DNA of 60,335 bases, filler included, from Sphacelaria rigidula (Eukaryota), in the NCBI GenBank assembly GCA_964200075.2. It is 7 parts of 7 records of this genome, joined end to end, with 100 filler letters (N's around TTAATTAATTAA, not from the genome) between each part and the next. Parts side by side here need not be neighbours in the genome. Positions count along the whole stretch, not along the records: positions 8,636 to 17,170 come from CAXNAA020010862.1; positions 17,271 to 25,804 come from CAXNAA020010863.1; 5 more parts are not named here. One strand, given 5' to 3'. How positions within the stretch are numbered: position 1 is the stretch's first letter; each line of letters opens with the position of its first letter. Positions 11,794 through 24,404 of the stretch are shown in pieces. Made by a program: the position numbers and the translations under genes. The notes beneath the pieces were generated by a model. It searched no databases and was not told the DNA's origin. It saw nothing but the letters and a program-made list of their open reading frames with translations.

Positions 11794-14700
11794 GGCTGTC
11801 CGTAAACCGTTTGCGGATCTTGGTACATCGGGGAATCTACCGCGCAATTGAGCCCCTCTCTGCTCGAGATGGTGTATCGGATGGACGGGGCCTGGTCTGC
11901 GGTTGATATAATTCCCACGAGACATAAAACACGTCCAACTGTAACTCAGTGAAACTGCCCAAATCCTCTCCTCTGAAAGCCAGTGTGATTCAGCTCCGTC
12001 GTGAAACAATCCTTGATGTTCTCACACTCACGACGATCCTGGGCCCAGCATTGCTTTCCCATCCGTCAGAGTATATAGTAGAGGTGTGGACGTGATGTTC
12101 TCAGCCAACCCTAAATGTGCCCCCCCAAGCTAGCTAACAGACCTCGCCTGGACCTGAATGCTGCAGCTGTTCTGGGTGCACATGAAATTTCTCAACGTTG
12201 GCCGCGAACACCGTTCGCTCTTGTACTTTACGCACCTGCATTTTGACCTCAAGATTGAAACCTGGTATCACCCCCTGCTGCACCGTTCCCGGCCTAGTCT
12301 ACAAGTCGTGTACAACTTTGGCTGGTTCATCTTCGTTCAGAAGGGAGCTGTCAGACTCTTTGATTAGCATCATATATTATACCTCTTCCCTACGCCGGTG
12401 ACGTTGGGTTAACAGCTCATGAACGTCCTTCAATTTTGTCGATGTTGCTCTACCGTGTTTTTCAACAGTAGGGATTCTGCTTCAGGTGACACAGAGTCGA
12501 CTTGGGTGCAAGGCTCGCGCTCAAAAGCAGCATTGATCGCGTTGGATTATGCGGCAGTGACTGGTTGGAAGTAGTATGATGAATCCATACAGCAGGATGC
12601 ACATACTCGTCCCACCATTCCAGACACTGCTCACATAGCTCAGCTAAAATGCCACGCAATCACTCTCCGTATCGTTCCAGGGCGCCCTGATCGCGAGGGT
12701 GATCTACGGGATCATGATCCAGTTTCACCTTCATTCACATGCCATACATGGTTTACTACTTCCGAAGTGAACTCCCCCCCACTTCAATGAAAAATAGGGC
12801 CTTTCGAGCGTCAAGACCAGTTTCAGCAGGCTCTCAACTACGTGCGCAATAACCTTGGCCTGCTAGTAAAAGAGCAAAGAGAACTTGGTTGCTTGATCCA
12901 TAACAACCAACAAGTACTGATTACCAGAAGTAGAAATCTGCTTTATGTCCGATATGTTCATCTACATCATCTCCCAGAATTACAAGAAGCGAGCTGGTCG
13001 CACCGTTGTGGTGTGACTATTAGTACGTTTGCGTTGGCGACATCCACAAGACAGCACGTGTTTGCGAGTATCGGCGAAACGACCGGGTCACTCATAGCGT
13101 GCGTTGACCACTACAGTCGTTTGCATCACTCCGGCGTCCCCTTGCGTAGTGTGCACCAACGCGAGCAGGCCAGGCACTAGACTGCGTGGAATAGCCAACT
13201 TATTTGGTGCCAAACTTACCTGGCGCCTCAGGTGAGGTATAACATAGAAGATTATCATCATTTTGGAACGTACGCTCCCTGCCTCTTACCTGTACCTTCG
13301 GCCTTTTCTCCAACATTAACCTATCCCTGATGGGCTCAAGTCGGGAGTCCCGCTCTTGCAGCAAAGCTAGTCGCGGCTTGTTCATCAGAATCGCTCTCGC
13401 CTGCTCGAAAACAGTCTGAGGGCTACCTTTACCTGGTATCCGTGGCTCCTCAGGTGGAGCCTCCCCCCCGCCAGGGTCTTGGTCTGACTCCCGCTCTGCC
13501 TCTTGCACCGACGAACGAGTTACAGCGGCTCCCCCAGCCTCTGGCAACTCTGCTTCGTCACGAGGCCACATCGTAGCGAGCGTGCTCAAATCCTCATCCT
13601 CACCCTGGAGATGAGCCAGGCTAAACAAACCTTCCGCTTCCACTTGATAGAACCGCCTTCATCATCCACGGGTGAACAAATTTTGCCACAGTCTATGGCA
13701 TGACGTTGTTATTTACCGACGTGGTGTCTCGTAATAGTCAAGAGTAGTCGCAACTTTCACGAAATCGTCTCTTTCCCGCTCGACTGCTTCTTCCTATCCA
13801 CCTACGTCTGCTCCATAGGGTCTCGATTCTTCGCGCCTTGGTTTCCCCTTCGTCAACTGAGAACGGAATAGTATAAGCATCGGATTCTCGGAAGTGTGAA
13901 TCGCCTCGCCCTGTCCTGTCGGCACCAGAAACATAAATACCTGTCCGCCCTAATCGCTAATCCAACGTGGGGCAGGCGACGATGTACCTTTTCACTCGCT
14001 GCTTCCACGCTCGCAGTTGTCCTTCCCTCCGACGATCAGCTTTCTAGGCGACCACATAGGTCCGTCTCTTCCGATACGGTGCGCCCACCTACACGGCTGA
14101 TACTGAGGCCTGCTCAGGGAGACCCCCAGCTCCGCTCGACACGCGCTATCACAGCAGTACTCTCCAAGATCAGCGTTGTCACAGAGGTTGGTGAGAGGAA
14201 TGACTCGACCAACGTTTTTGACGACACTGGCTGATGCTGACTCCGGCTCGGCCCATTTGAATGGTGCAACCCGACTTGTATCCCCTACCAACACTTGTGG
14301 TTGCACTTCTTCCACAAGGTTGTGGAAAGAACCGCGCCCCGGAGTCGTATGTACCAGCCTGACTCCCTTTCCAATCTGATATACTCCAACACAATCCAAC
14401 GCCCTCCAGTCCGCATCAGCGTATCACTTCTACGAACACTTTGGCTGCCAAAATACTTCCTCCACCTCCAACTGGAGAAACCCATTCGCTAAATCAACAC
14501 TCCTAGAGTACTTGGATTTTTCTAGCCCACTATACATGGTCTACATATCCCTCTAGCTGCCGCTGTACGACTCCAGAAGTTGGTTCAGTCCCCGATAGTC
14601 TTGACATAGTCGTAAAACTACCGTCCGTCTTTATTTCGAACCCTGACGCAGGCGGCTGCCCATGCTAGCGTCGATCGCACGTAGCCCGGGAGCCAAACCT

Positions 14701-15859
14701 TCTGAGCTTACGTCCTCCGTTAGATGCAGCAGCCACTGCAGCGTATTATCGTCCTCCACGTCACTCCAAGGCTTTTCCACACCTCATTAGATGCTGCCAG
14801 TTCGCTCCGACCAGACAACCTTACTGTCGAGTCGTCACCAAGCGCGCTTGGCTTGACAGCAAGGAAGAGGTTCAAAGTTGCTGAATCTCCTTGGCTGGTG
14901 AGGTGGTCGGTGTCAACAGCTTCGAGTTTTGGGGGACTATTAGACACGAACCGTACTCACGGCCCCTCCGGCGAAAGCCGAAATCTCGATCGCCCTTCAA
15001 AAGATGGCGTGCTCCTGTCTCTCCTGGAGAAACTCGCTGCCGAAATAAATCCATATGGTAATCCATGGACCACCCGAACCCATACCTTTATTCAGTTATC
15101 CTTTGTGCGGGAAAGAATAGGAATTACCGCTGGCCCTAGAATTTTCATCTGGGGTATCTTACTGTTACTAGGGTCAGCGGACCTCAAAATTCGCTATATT
15201 GCCCCACGTTACCAACAACCTCCACCACTGTTTCGATGCATAGCTCCCCCCCCCCCCCGCCCCGGTGCCCAGTAACACCGTTACTGGTGAGCGGTGGCTA
15301 CTTTTGCTGTGGTGTCAACTTCAGCTTGTACCCACAGCTGCTGTGCATCGTTCCTACTCGCTTCGGCTGAAATGGCGTTCGAAGGAGGGGTAGCCCCGGA
15401 CGGGTGAAATATTTGTATGTGTACCCATCGGGTTAGGTGGAACCTAGTCCCTAGATCGATGTTACAGAGGCGGCAGCAGCGGCGGCAGCAGCTAAGCATG
15501 GAATGTGTACACTGCTGCTCGCGCCTGGCTTGGGGTGAACAATGTCAACGGAGACGCAGTTACTCGAAGTATCCGCTGAAGAAAAATGGAGGAATGATCG
15601 GTCGTGCAAACCGTTGGTCAGGAGCACTAAACAAATTCATTTGCGGCGCTTCAGCGGCATTTTCTTGCAAAGGCGCAAAAAAACTGCTGTTATCGTCGTG
15701 GTGCAGAAAAACTGCTGCAGTGGCGGACGCACAAAAGATTGATGCTGCTGAGGAGGTGCAGCAACCTTCTGCCGCGTGGAAGGGTGCGTCAACTGCTGCT
15801 GCATGGGAAGGTGCTTGCACGGGAGGCTGTTGGACGGATCCCGCCGGGTAGAAGGACTG

Positions 15860-17100
15860 GACTTGAAATGTCTGTACCATCGTCTCATGTCCCCCGCTCG
15901 GGCATTCTCCTCTAGTTCTCTAGCGTACACATCCATATACCTGTCAACCCCGGCTTGGATAACTTTTTTTTCTTTTTTTGCATGCTATTCGCAATGTGCG
16001 CCATGCGAGTTTATCTCGAAATGACCCCAGTCTCACCGTTGATCTCGCCCTTTCTCTCTCCATTCAAGCGAATTCGAATTCCGCTTTGATTTCAGCATCC
16101 TCGAACCACCCCGGTATACGTGGCTTTCGGGTCAGACGGGGTACCGCCTTTTCAGCGGCACTCAACAGTACGTCGGCAAAGTTCGTAGCAAGTAAAGTAA
16201 CTGTATCACCAGGTATACTTTGTTCAAGGTCGCTAATGATGAGCTGGGTGAGCTGCTCACGCCTGACGGGGTCAGATACCATTGCCCACCTGTCGATCGA
16301 TGTACCCAGTTGGGATTCGTCTAGGTCTGTTGTGTGCGAAGCGACCAAGGAGACGTACTGAGGCGCACACGATGTTGTGGTCAGAGTCCGGCGAGTTGGG
16401 GGGTTGAAGGTGGACGGTGACATTGCGAACGAGCTTGCGGTGATCATACCGTGTGATGATGTAGTCAACGCGTTTTCTATTCGCGGGGCAATTTTCAACG
16501 CCGTTGAACGTTCGCGAGGTGTTTTCCTTGGGGGTGGGAAAGAGCGTGTTGACCAGCGAAAGCTTGTTGTCGCCTGCAAATTGTACTAGAGAATTGCCGT
16601 TACCGTCGTTGGATCGGGAATCTCGACCGTAAGCTCCTACAATTTTACGTTCCTCCTCGCCTGTTTGTCGTCCAGTCCCCACGTCAGCGTCAATTAAAAT
16701 AAACAGGTGATGCTTGTGAGGGATACCGCTCACAATGCCGTGTAACTCAGCCCAGATCACATTTCTCTCTTCTCTTGACTATGGAGTGTCTGTCGGGGCG
16801 TATGCCACGACAAACGTGGCAGCATTTGATTTATCCGCTAGGTTGAAAGTCATCGACATGAGGCGTTCGCAGATGAGTGCCTGAGTCCACGTCGCCTTGC
16901 TGATGATCGATTCCTTGACTGCCAACCCAACCCCATGTTGACCAGCCCTTCCCTTGCCTCCCTCTGCCCCGCAACGAAAAATGCGGTATTCCGCCGCAAA
17001 CAATTCGGACCGACCTGGTCTCCTCGTTTCATGTAGCCCGATGACATCATATCCGACTGCCTGACATTTTTTCAGGACCACCTCAGCATGACCCGCTCCG
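15860..17100 (-). pseudogene. Non-LTR retrotransposon (LINE, probably RTE-like) AP-endonuclease region; frameshifted, RT absent
   Basis: DVIGLHETRR, HGVGLAV, ERLMSMTF..FVVAYAPTD, GAYGRD..NGN, RVDYII, DSDHNIV are APE motifs spread over ORFs 16779-17081, 16272-16760 and 16064-16579. Confidence 0.9.
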
Positions 17101-17103
17101 TTC

Positions 17104-17170
17104 TGTAGCCCAAAATGGTGTCAAGCCATTGCGTTTATCATGTAGGATACTGGATGATGATTATGTGATA
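17104..17170 (+). repeat. Probable start of an LTR inserted into the LINE, cut by contig end
   Basis: TGTAGCCccaaaat...caagcc resembles the start of the contig-4 LTR (minus strand TGTAGCCaaattataacaagcc) and interrupts the LINE ORF abruptly. Confidence 0.4.
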
Positions 17171-17270
17171 NNNNNNNNNNNNNNNNNNNNNNNNNNNNNN
17201 NNNNNNNNNNNNNNTTAATTAATTAANNNNNNNNNNNNNNNNNNNNNNNNNNNNNNNNNNNNNNNNNNNN
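17171..17270. other. Artificial contig linker
   Basis: N44-TTAATTAATTAA-N44. Confidence 0.98.
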
Positions 17271-17710
17271 GACGGCAATGCCCATATTGGTGGATACCAA
17301 AAAATGTTTTGGCATTTTTTGGCGGCAGAGGCTACCGATAGACGGCTCACCAAATCTATTGATGCCGGTAACAGCTATTGATGAAACTCACTTGATCTAT
17401 TGATGACGGCAATGGCTATCGATGGATGTCTCACCAAACCTATTGATTACGGCAATGACTGTCGATGGATGGCTCACCAAACCTATCGATTACGGCAGTG
17501 GCTATCGATATATACAACCCAGAATCTATTGCGGTACACCATTTCCATCGATGGCGAGGGATCTTCATGTATTGTAATTGCGATAGGCTATCGATCGACT
17601 ATTGCAACATCTATTGTTCCTTGCAATGCATCTCAAAGGATGCCTTTCGCCATCTATCGTGTTCGATAATATATATCGATAGATTTTCCCCCGTGTCTAT
17701 TGCTGAAGCA
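17271..17710. repeat. Degenerate about 43-bp ATCGAT-rich tandem array (probably subterminal repeats of a DNA transposon)
   Basis: Repeated gatggat..ctcaccaaacctat.gattacggca.tg.ct.tc units. Confidence 0.75.
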
Positions 17711-17899
17711 ATGAACTTTTATTGTATCCATTGTCCAGGGTGTGCTTTCCTCTCTCCTGGCAAGCTACTACAGGACGCATATATGTATGCTGTGCATTTG
17801 ATTGTTCATGCGAAAATATTTTTGTGCAGTGACTTGTTCCTCGAAAGCACCATGATGAAGCGCACTCAGTACAGGTTGGGTCGCCCAAGACACGGACAG

Positions 17900-18210
17900 G
17901 GATGTGAACACGCGATTTAGCAGCTCACTTTCGGGTCGTTTTCTATGAAATTTTGACACAATATTCAGGAAGTATGTGCGAAGACCCCCCCATTTGCTCC
18001 GTACATTTTTTTACTCGTTGGGGGGAGTTATTGATGATTTTGTTCCGAAAAAAACGTTCTGAGGTATATATGGTCGCCGATAACTCACGGAGAAGAGACA
18101 ACAATTGTACGGGGCAAACGGGGGTGTCTTGGCGCATAAATCCAGTTCATCGTCGCAAAATTTCATAGAAAACGACCTGAAATTAAGCTGCTAAATCGCG
18201 TGTTCGTGTC
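17900..18210. mobile_element. Foldback MITE
   Basis: gaacacgcgatttagcagc..ggtcgttttctatgaaattttg is inverted as caaaatttcatagaaaacgacc..gctgctaaatcgcgtgttc; a third partial arm lies near 18490-18545. Confidence 0.85.
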
Positions 18211-18949
18211 CAAGACTGGTTCCTATGTGGAGAATGGTCACGAAAAAATTAAAAGCGGTTATGCTGTTCAATTTCAAGTATTTTTCACGAAATTTCGACA
18301 CGATGCGCAGGAGGTATGCTGTGAAGTTCCCACTGTCCCCTCTTGAAATTTCTTTTTTTTCAACGAGTTGTCGACGCTTCTGTATCAGAAAAAATGTTCC
18401 GAAGTTTAGATCACCAATAACATACGAGGAAAATGAAATAAAAAAGAGGGACGAACCGTAGGGGCTCCACATATACCCTATGTATATCGTGTCAAAATCT
18501 CATAGATAACAACTTCAAATTGAGCAGTGAAATCGTGTTTTCCTGTCGAGAACCGGTTCACTTGCTGTTAGATTACAATACCCTCAGCCGGGACTTTGAC
18601 GTTTTCTACAAGCGCGACGCCTTGGCGCGCTGGAGGTCTCGTCTGCTTACCATCTCATACACTGCGCGCCTACAGTACGACATACCTTGTACAACCACAA
18701 CTAGTGCAGCACCACCACTTTGCGGCCGCGGCACAACTGACTGTAACCGTAAATGCGATATCAGCCGTTTCCCCCCCCTAATTCCGCCGCACACGCCGCC
18801 CTCAACTCTCTACACTTCGCGGCTGACTGCAGTTTGGTATTTCGTTTGATGGGAACTTGTCAGATCGCAGTGCTACGTGAAGTGAAAACCGCGCGTTGAT
18901 TTGCAGATTACCACGATTTGTTATAGTAGGCACAACTCGCGATAGATCG

Positions 18950-21280
18950 TCAGTTAGAACCGGCTGAAGGAAAGTCAGCTTCTTAGGCGGCCCAGCCTGT
19001 AATGTTTTCGTGAGATCGAGAGCAGAGGATACGATTGAGAATGAAAAACGACCAATTAATGGATGAAGCGTTTCAGTTCCAAAATGCCCCTCCACGAGCC
19101 CGATATGCTCTGTGTAGTAGCTTGCCACTGAGGTCCTTGATATCCCTGAGTAGGATGTCGACGTGTAGCTTTAAGCACACGTTAGTAATGGAGGCGAAGA
19201 AAAACACACACGGAATGAAAAATGGGCTAAGTTAGAGCGAATGATCAAAGCCACTCTCAATCAGCGCTCTACTCTCAGTGTCACAAGAACGTTGTTACAC
19301 TCTTTCCCCGCCCACAGGTGAACATCCTGCGCTCGAGTTGAATGCCACACTGTTTTATCACAGCGGAGTACATCTGGGCAGGTCCTGTGACAGAAGTTGT
19401 GGTGCCGTACTAACAGTGTGGGCATGCGAGAGGCTGGGGAGTTTGTCCGACGGCGTGCACACCTCCTGTCCGAGTTTTTCCCTGTTCCAGGTCTACTCAG
19501 TAGTGGATAATGTTGGTGGTTGCTCCGGGTGTGCACGTGTTTGACAATTTAACCGTTGCGAAATATTACGAGACTGAGTGAGGAAGAACAACACGGAGAC
19601 TTGTTCCCAACCGTGGACCACACCGATCACGGATGCTGAAGAACAGCATGCCTGATTTTCTTTTTCCACCACCAGGTTTGCCGCTGTTTTGACGAGCCAC
19701 ATGGCCAGAAAATGAACGTTTTATTTTGCGCCCGAAAGTTTTCAAATCTACTAGTGCTTGTGTCGTGTTCTCTTCAAATATCCTTCGTACCAGAATTTAG
19801 CGCAAAATGCCGATAATATTTGGACTACATTTTTCGGGACTCGTTAAATTTTATGCAAGAGGTTGAAATGTTCATACCTGAGCGTGAACACTCTTCATTT
19901 GCTGTGAGCGGAATCAATTTCTTATGTTCTGAAGCACAGGCCTCCGTTCGGTTCCCGTTCGACTTGCCGTGTTGCATGAACGATATCTTTGCGCAGGAGA
20001 CATTGAGGCCCGCGATAGAGGGTCATTGGTTGCGCATGAGGATGGTATCGCTACACCGTTTGGAATTACCGGAGCGCAAAGCCGGGGTGTAATGATGGTG
20101 TCGCCTAAGGAGGACATCTACCGCGATATGATCGTTGGTCTTCATCAACGCCCAGGCGATCTGAGGGTCAATATTTGCAAGGTGTAGTTCAGCGCTACAT
20201 TATGGGCTTGTTTGCTCGGGCGGCGTGGTTGTTCCAAGGACCAAGACCTCGCCCGAGAGTATGTCCACATGACCGGTGGTTGATTGTGGACTGTTTGGGT
20301 GAAATATGGTGACAGACACTGAGAATAGGTTCCACCGCGCAGTCAAAACAGCCCCCGTAGCACTCGAGCTCGAATTTCGTTGATGCGGGCAGCTTGTTGA
20401 CAATGAACAAACCTCATACTGACTGTGAAATGTAATCATTGAGTATGTCGTATATGCTACCGGCGTTGGGAAAGATTTGTAGTGTTTTAGATATCTTGTT
20501 GCGGGCAGATGGCGGTGTGGCTCGAGCGACGAAAGCGAGCGACGGGTCCACGTTATCTGCGATATGATGACGATTTTCAACGATGTGTAAAAAACGAAAC
20601 GACGGGCTTGAAGCAAACTCAAAGTTGACCTCTATGTTCGTTCACATTTTTGTTGATATAAAAGGCCATTGTGTACGAGATGTTGAGCGTCTGGAGCGCC
20701 CGATTCTCGTTCGGTGCGTCGAGACATATGGGAGAGCTGTGACAAATCCAGCAAGATCTTGGGCCGCTTGTGGCGAGCAAAAGTCAGCCTTGTAATCAGC
20801 CATTTCTTGTCGGCCCACAAGCCTCATTTTTTCACCACTTCCTATGGCAACTAAGACAACATGCCGTGCGGTGCAGCGTCTTGGACAAGCACTAAAGCTC
20901 AGTTTTCGAATACGAATCCTGTCGTGCGTGTTCAATCACGTAATTACAACCGTCCATAATCGCGTAATAATGCGATCTTCCGATCACAGCAGAAATCCGG
21001 ACATACGGCGTACACGCGAGGGGGTGACCGTGCGAAACCACGCCAACGGTGTATGTATTACTGCAGCGGCAGCCGACATGTTTGACAAAATTCGCTGTGC
21101 TTACTAAACATGGAAGAGATACAAAGGGTGTCAGAAGGTGCTCTCGACAGTGAGTCCAGTGATGTACTGTTGTGCGGATACATGAAGCTGACGGTTCAGA
21201 GCTACAATCTACCCCATCGCGTGAGTGGTAAATATAGGAAACAATTCGCACCTTGGGATGCAATGTAAAGGTGGACACCG
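18950..21280 (-). pseudogene. hAT-superfamily transposase fossil
   Basis: Motifs in correct order across frames: SRDGV..TTVHHW (DxW..TxH), IMDGCN (TDxxxN), CTARHVVLV (CxxH), TQWPFISTKM (TRW), FWN...EADFPSAG (dimerisation ERxFSxAG). Confidence 0.55.
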
Positions 21281-21443
21281 GTAGTCAACACGAAAAAAAA
21301 ACGGTTATCGGATAGGAGGCGCTATTCTCAGAAAAAAATGGTTAAACTCGTCTTTTCTCAGCCGGTTTGACCGGTTCACCGGAAACCGGTTCAACCTGAT
21401 GGACGAGAACAAAAACCTCCAAATCGTTGAAGCGCCGGTTAAT

Positions 21444-23851
21444 TAGGCGTTGTGGTCGTGTGTTTCGTTTGTGGTGAGTAATTTATACCCTCAAACACAC
21501 GCATTGTCGGTGACGGCAAGGTTCAATCTCACACCTCCATCTATCGAACGTACAGCACAGTGGCTGAGGACCGATTTGAATCCTTGATGGGAGATGGTGT
21601 TTGTTATTGCTTGAACATCTGCTGTTCGAGACTGGAAAATGGCATGGACACATAAACGAGACATGAGCAGGAAATACCACTCTGTCCATGTGAACGGTCT
21701 TCGGCGTGATAAATAGAATGCAAGCCAACGTAGGGTGCCGAAAGAGTAAACTACGCACCCCACACCCCGCCCGCCCCTGCGACCAAATTCCCGAAAACAG
21801 GAGGGAGGAGCAGGGGTTATGCTCTCCGTCAACTGTTCATGGGAAAAGTGTACCACCTCAGTGTCAAAAAACATCGTCAAAGCGGACAACAGAAAGCCCA
21901 AACTAGACGCTGCAAACCACGCGATCGCGCCTTCTCTCTGGGCAATTTTGCACTACAGAATGAACGATGACGCAATAATCGCACAGGAGTGATGGGCGAC
22001 AAGGCGTGGCATCAACTTGTAAAAAAAATAAGCACCGACGGCCAGGCCAGATTTGTTCCTTTTGGGCGATTTTGGATCATCGTTCTGTGTATCGCTTTTT
22101 GACGGCTGTTACAACGGCTGCTTAGTTTGGAGCTAACTCCAAGTACGAAGGCTTGTTATATTATACACCGCACCAGGGGTGCACGAAAATAAAAAATCTC
22201 GCACACCTACGCGCCCATTTTTCACTTTTCACCTCTCTGGGGGGGCGGGGAGAGTGTACTCATGATCATGCACGCCACAGTTATCAAACCATTGACCTCG
22301 CATCCCTACAAAGCCGGAACAGAGCACGCTGGGTTTTCACCGGACCAGGCTCGCTCTCAATCACCAAGCACGAAGCGCCGTGGTGTGTTCGGCGAGTCGC
22401 ATGACGGGTGAGCTGCATCCTGCCACAATTGTTCAGCCCGAAGCCTACTGATATTCTTGCATTCGGATGACTGCCTACAATGAGTTGCTTTATTATCTGG
22501 TATCGCCACTTCCAGAGACAGTCACATCTTATACACTGCGTCACGAGCGTCTGGCCATTTTAACACTACGTGATATGATCATCCCCTTTGTGCGGAGTTG
22601 AGATTCTCCCACGCCGCACAACGTGATCTAGCTCGACTACCATCATGGTTACCCCAAAACAACGCAAGCGCGCCAAAGAGAAAACGGTAACCTGGTTGCC
22701 TTGCTTACGCAGTGAGTGGCGCGTTTCAAAGCGTCATCGCCAACCTCATCGGGGATCCGCCCCTACAAAGCCGGGACGGAGCACGTGGGTTCTCGCCGGA
22801 CCAGGCGAGTGGGGGGAGGGGTACTATACCATGGCCTAAACTGTACGTCCTCTGTTCGGAAATATAGGCTCTTTCAGAGAAAAAGAGGCATAACTTTTGC
22901 CGAAATGCGATTTTTTTTGTGTTTTTGTGTTTTTTTGTTTTCGTGACGACCTGAAGAAGACCCCAAAACCGAGGTCTTTGGTCAGTCCACAGTACAACAC
23001 CACCTATACCCTCGGTGACCACAGAATCCCTGGCCGAAGAGAGGGAAAACCACCGGTTGGAAGGCTTCCCCCTAATTTTTTTTTAATCGCCTTATTCGGC
23101 GGAATTCGTGCCGATTCGGTGAAGCTCGTAAAACCACTTTTTTTGTGGTCCGACCAAACAATTGCACACGAGCAACGCCGGCAACCAGTCCATTCTGGGG
23201 GGGAGTGTTACCTTGCGCGGCGGTGTTTTTTTTCCGGGGGCAGTATCACGTCATCCCCTGTTTGTTTGTTTCTTACACATGGTACAAATGATGTGCGGAA
23301 CACATACCGGTGGTGGCCTGATCAAGAACCGCGTTATTCGCATACTTCCTGAAGCGAGCTTATATTCCCGATATTTCCGAGAAAGCCTATATTTCCGAAC
23401 TGAGGAAGTAGTAAATAAGGTACAAGGAGGAAAAAAAATCAAAGAAATAAAAAGACAGAACAAAACGCATACATCAAATAAAATGGTAAAACTATGACAT
23501 CCATAATAAATACATGATTATTGACGTTCACCACGGTATCCAGCCATCACGGTAATGCACGGTAAAATTTGTATGGTTACTTCACTGATCACCCCGGTGC
23601 TCATCGATGAAGGAACCAGCCACTTTGAGCAGGTCATTTTTGAAAATAAGTCGACTTCATCCATTAGGGTTAGGGTTAATTAACACGCGAAGAAGCGGTT
23701 GGCGTGTGACATGTGACGTGTCATTTGTCACGTTTTCGCTGCCAAACTTCCCAGTTGAACCAGTTTAACCGCCGGCATAACACCTCTTTTTCCTGGTCAA
23801 ACCGTTTTCTCGGTGAACCGTTTCAGAAACGAAACCAGTCAACAACGCCTA
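21444..23851. mobile_element. Non-autonomous TIR element (hAT-like) containing nested repeats
   Basis: TAGGCGTTGT...ACAACGCCTA inverted termini; AACCG/CGGTT subterminal motifs at 23740-23840; no TSD seen. Confidence 0.45.
22255..22350. repeat. Dispersed repeat (copies: 43171-43232 inverted, 50555-50600, partial 22760-22806)
   Basis: gtgtactcatgatcatgca.gcca.agt...accattgacctcgcatccctacaa is the reverse complement of the start of contig 6. Confidence 0.85.
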
Positions 23852-24404
23852 TTAGGGTTTCCGAGAACCTGTTATATCCAAAAATGTTTCCACATTTGGT
23901 CATCTCTAATGCAAATGTCGACGATTATTGCCCTTAACTCATTGGAAAAAAAAATGGTACCAACGTATTTTTGTTTTTATGCCCCAAGCATTGTCCATAT
24001 CAAATTTCAGGGTCTAACTATAAATATATCAAAGAACATGGGCCTATCAGAAACCGGGTCGGTAGAAATTTGGGACAGAATTTCGCAGGCCACTCAGCGG
24101 CCCACGTTTGGTTTTTGTGTATTGCAATTTTGTGCGGGCGCGCTCCAAGGCATATTAAAAAAAAAGTAGGGTCAGGTTGATTTTTTTTCACTGGTTTAGG
24201 GCGTTATACTATGATGAAGATCATTTCTTCACGAGAACGCCTTAACCTCTATGAAAAAAACATGACGGCCCATTTTTTTTTATATGCGGCACTCTTCCGT
24301 GGTTCTCCACACCAAAATTCGTCGTCATCCGCGAAATGCATTGAACGGGAGTTTCATAGTGACTTTAGTATGGACGCCGTCTCCGTTAGGTTTGGGAATT
24401 ACTA

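Larger units (their letters stand above)
10935..15244 (-). mobile_element. Degenerate, internally rearranged Ty3/gypsy LTR retrotransposon
   Basis: RT N-terminus (AWAAACVRVRNKDG..LCQDYRGLNQLLES..VDLANGFLQLEV, about 14450-14680); integrase zinc-binding region (LALVHTTQG..RKHVLSCGC, about 13020-13200) and core (GGEFTSEVV..DHPRDQGALER..WWDEYV, about 12500-12800); PPT, 3' LTR and PBS-like motifs. Confidence 0.85.
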
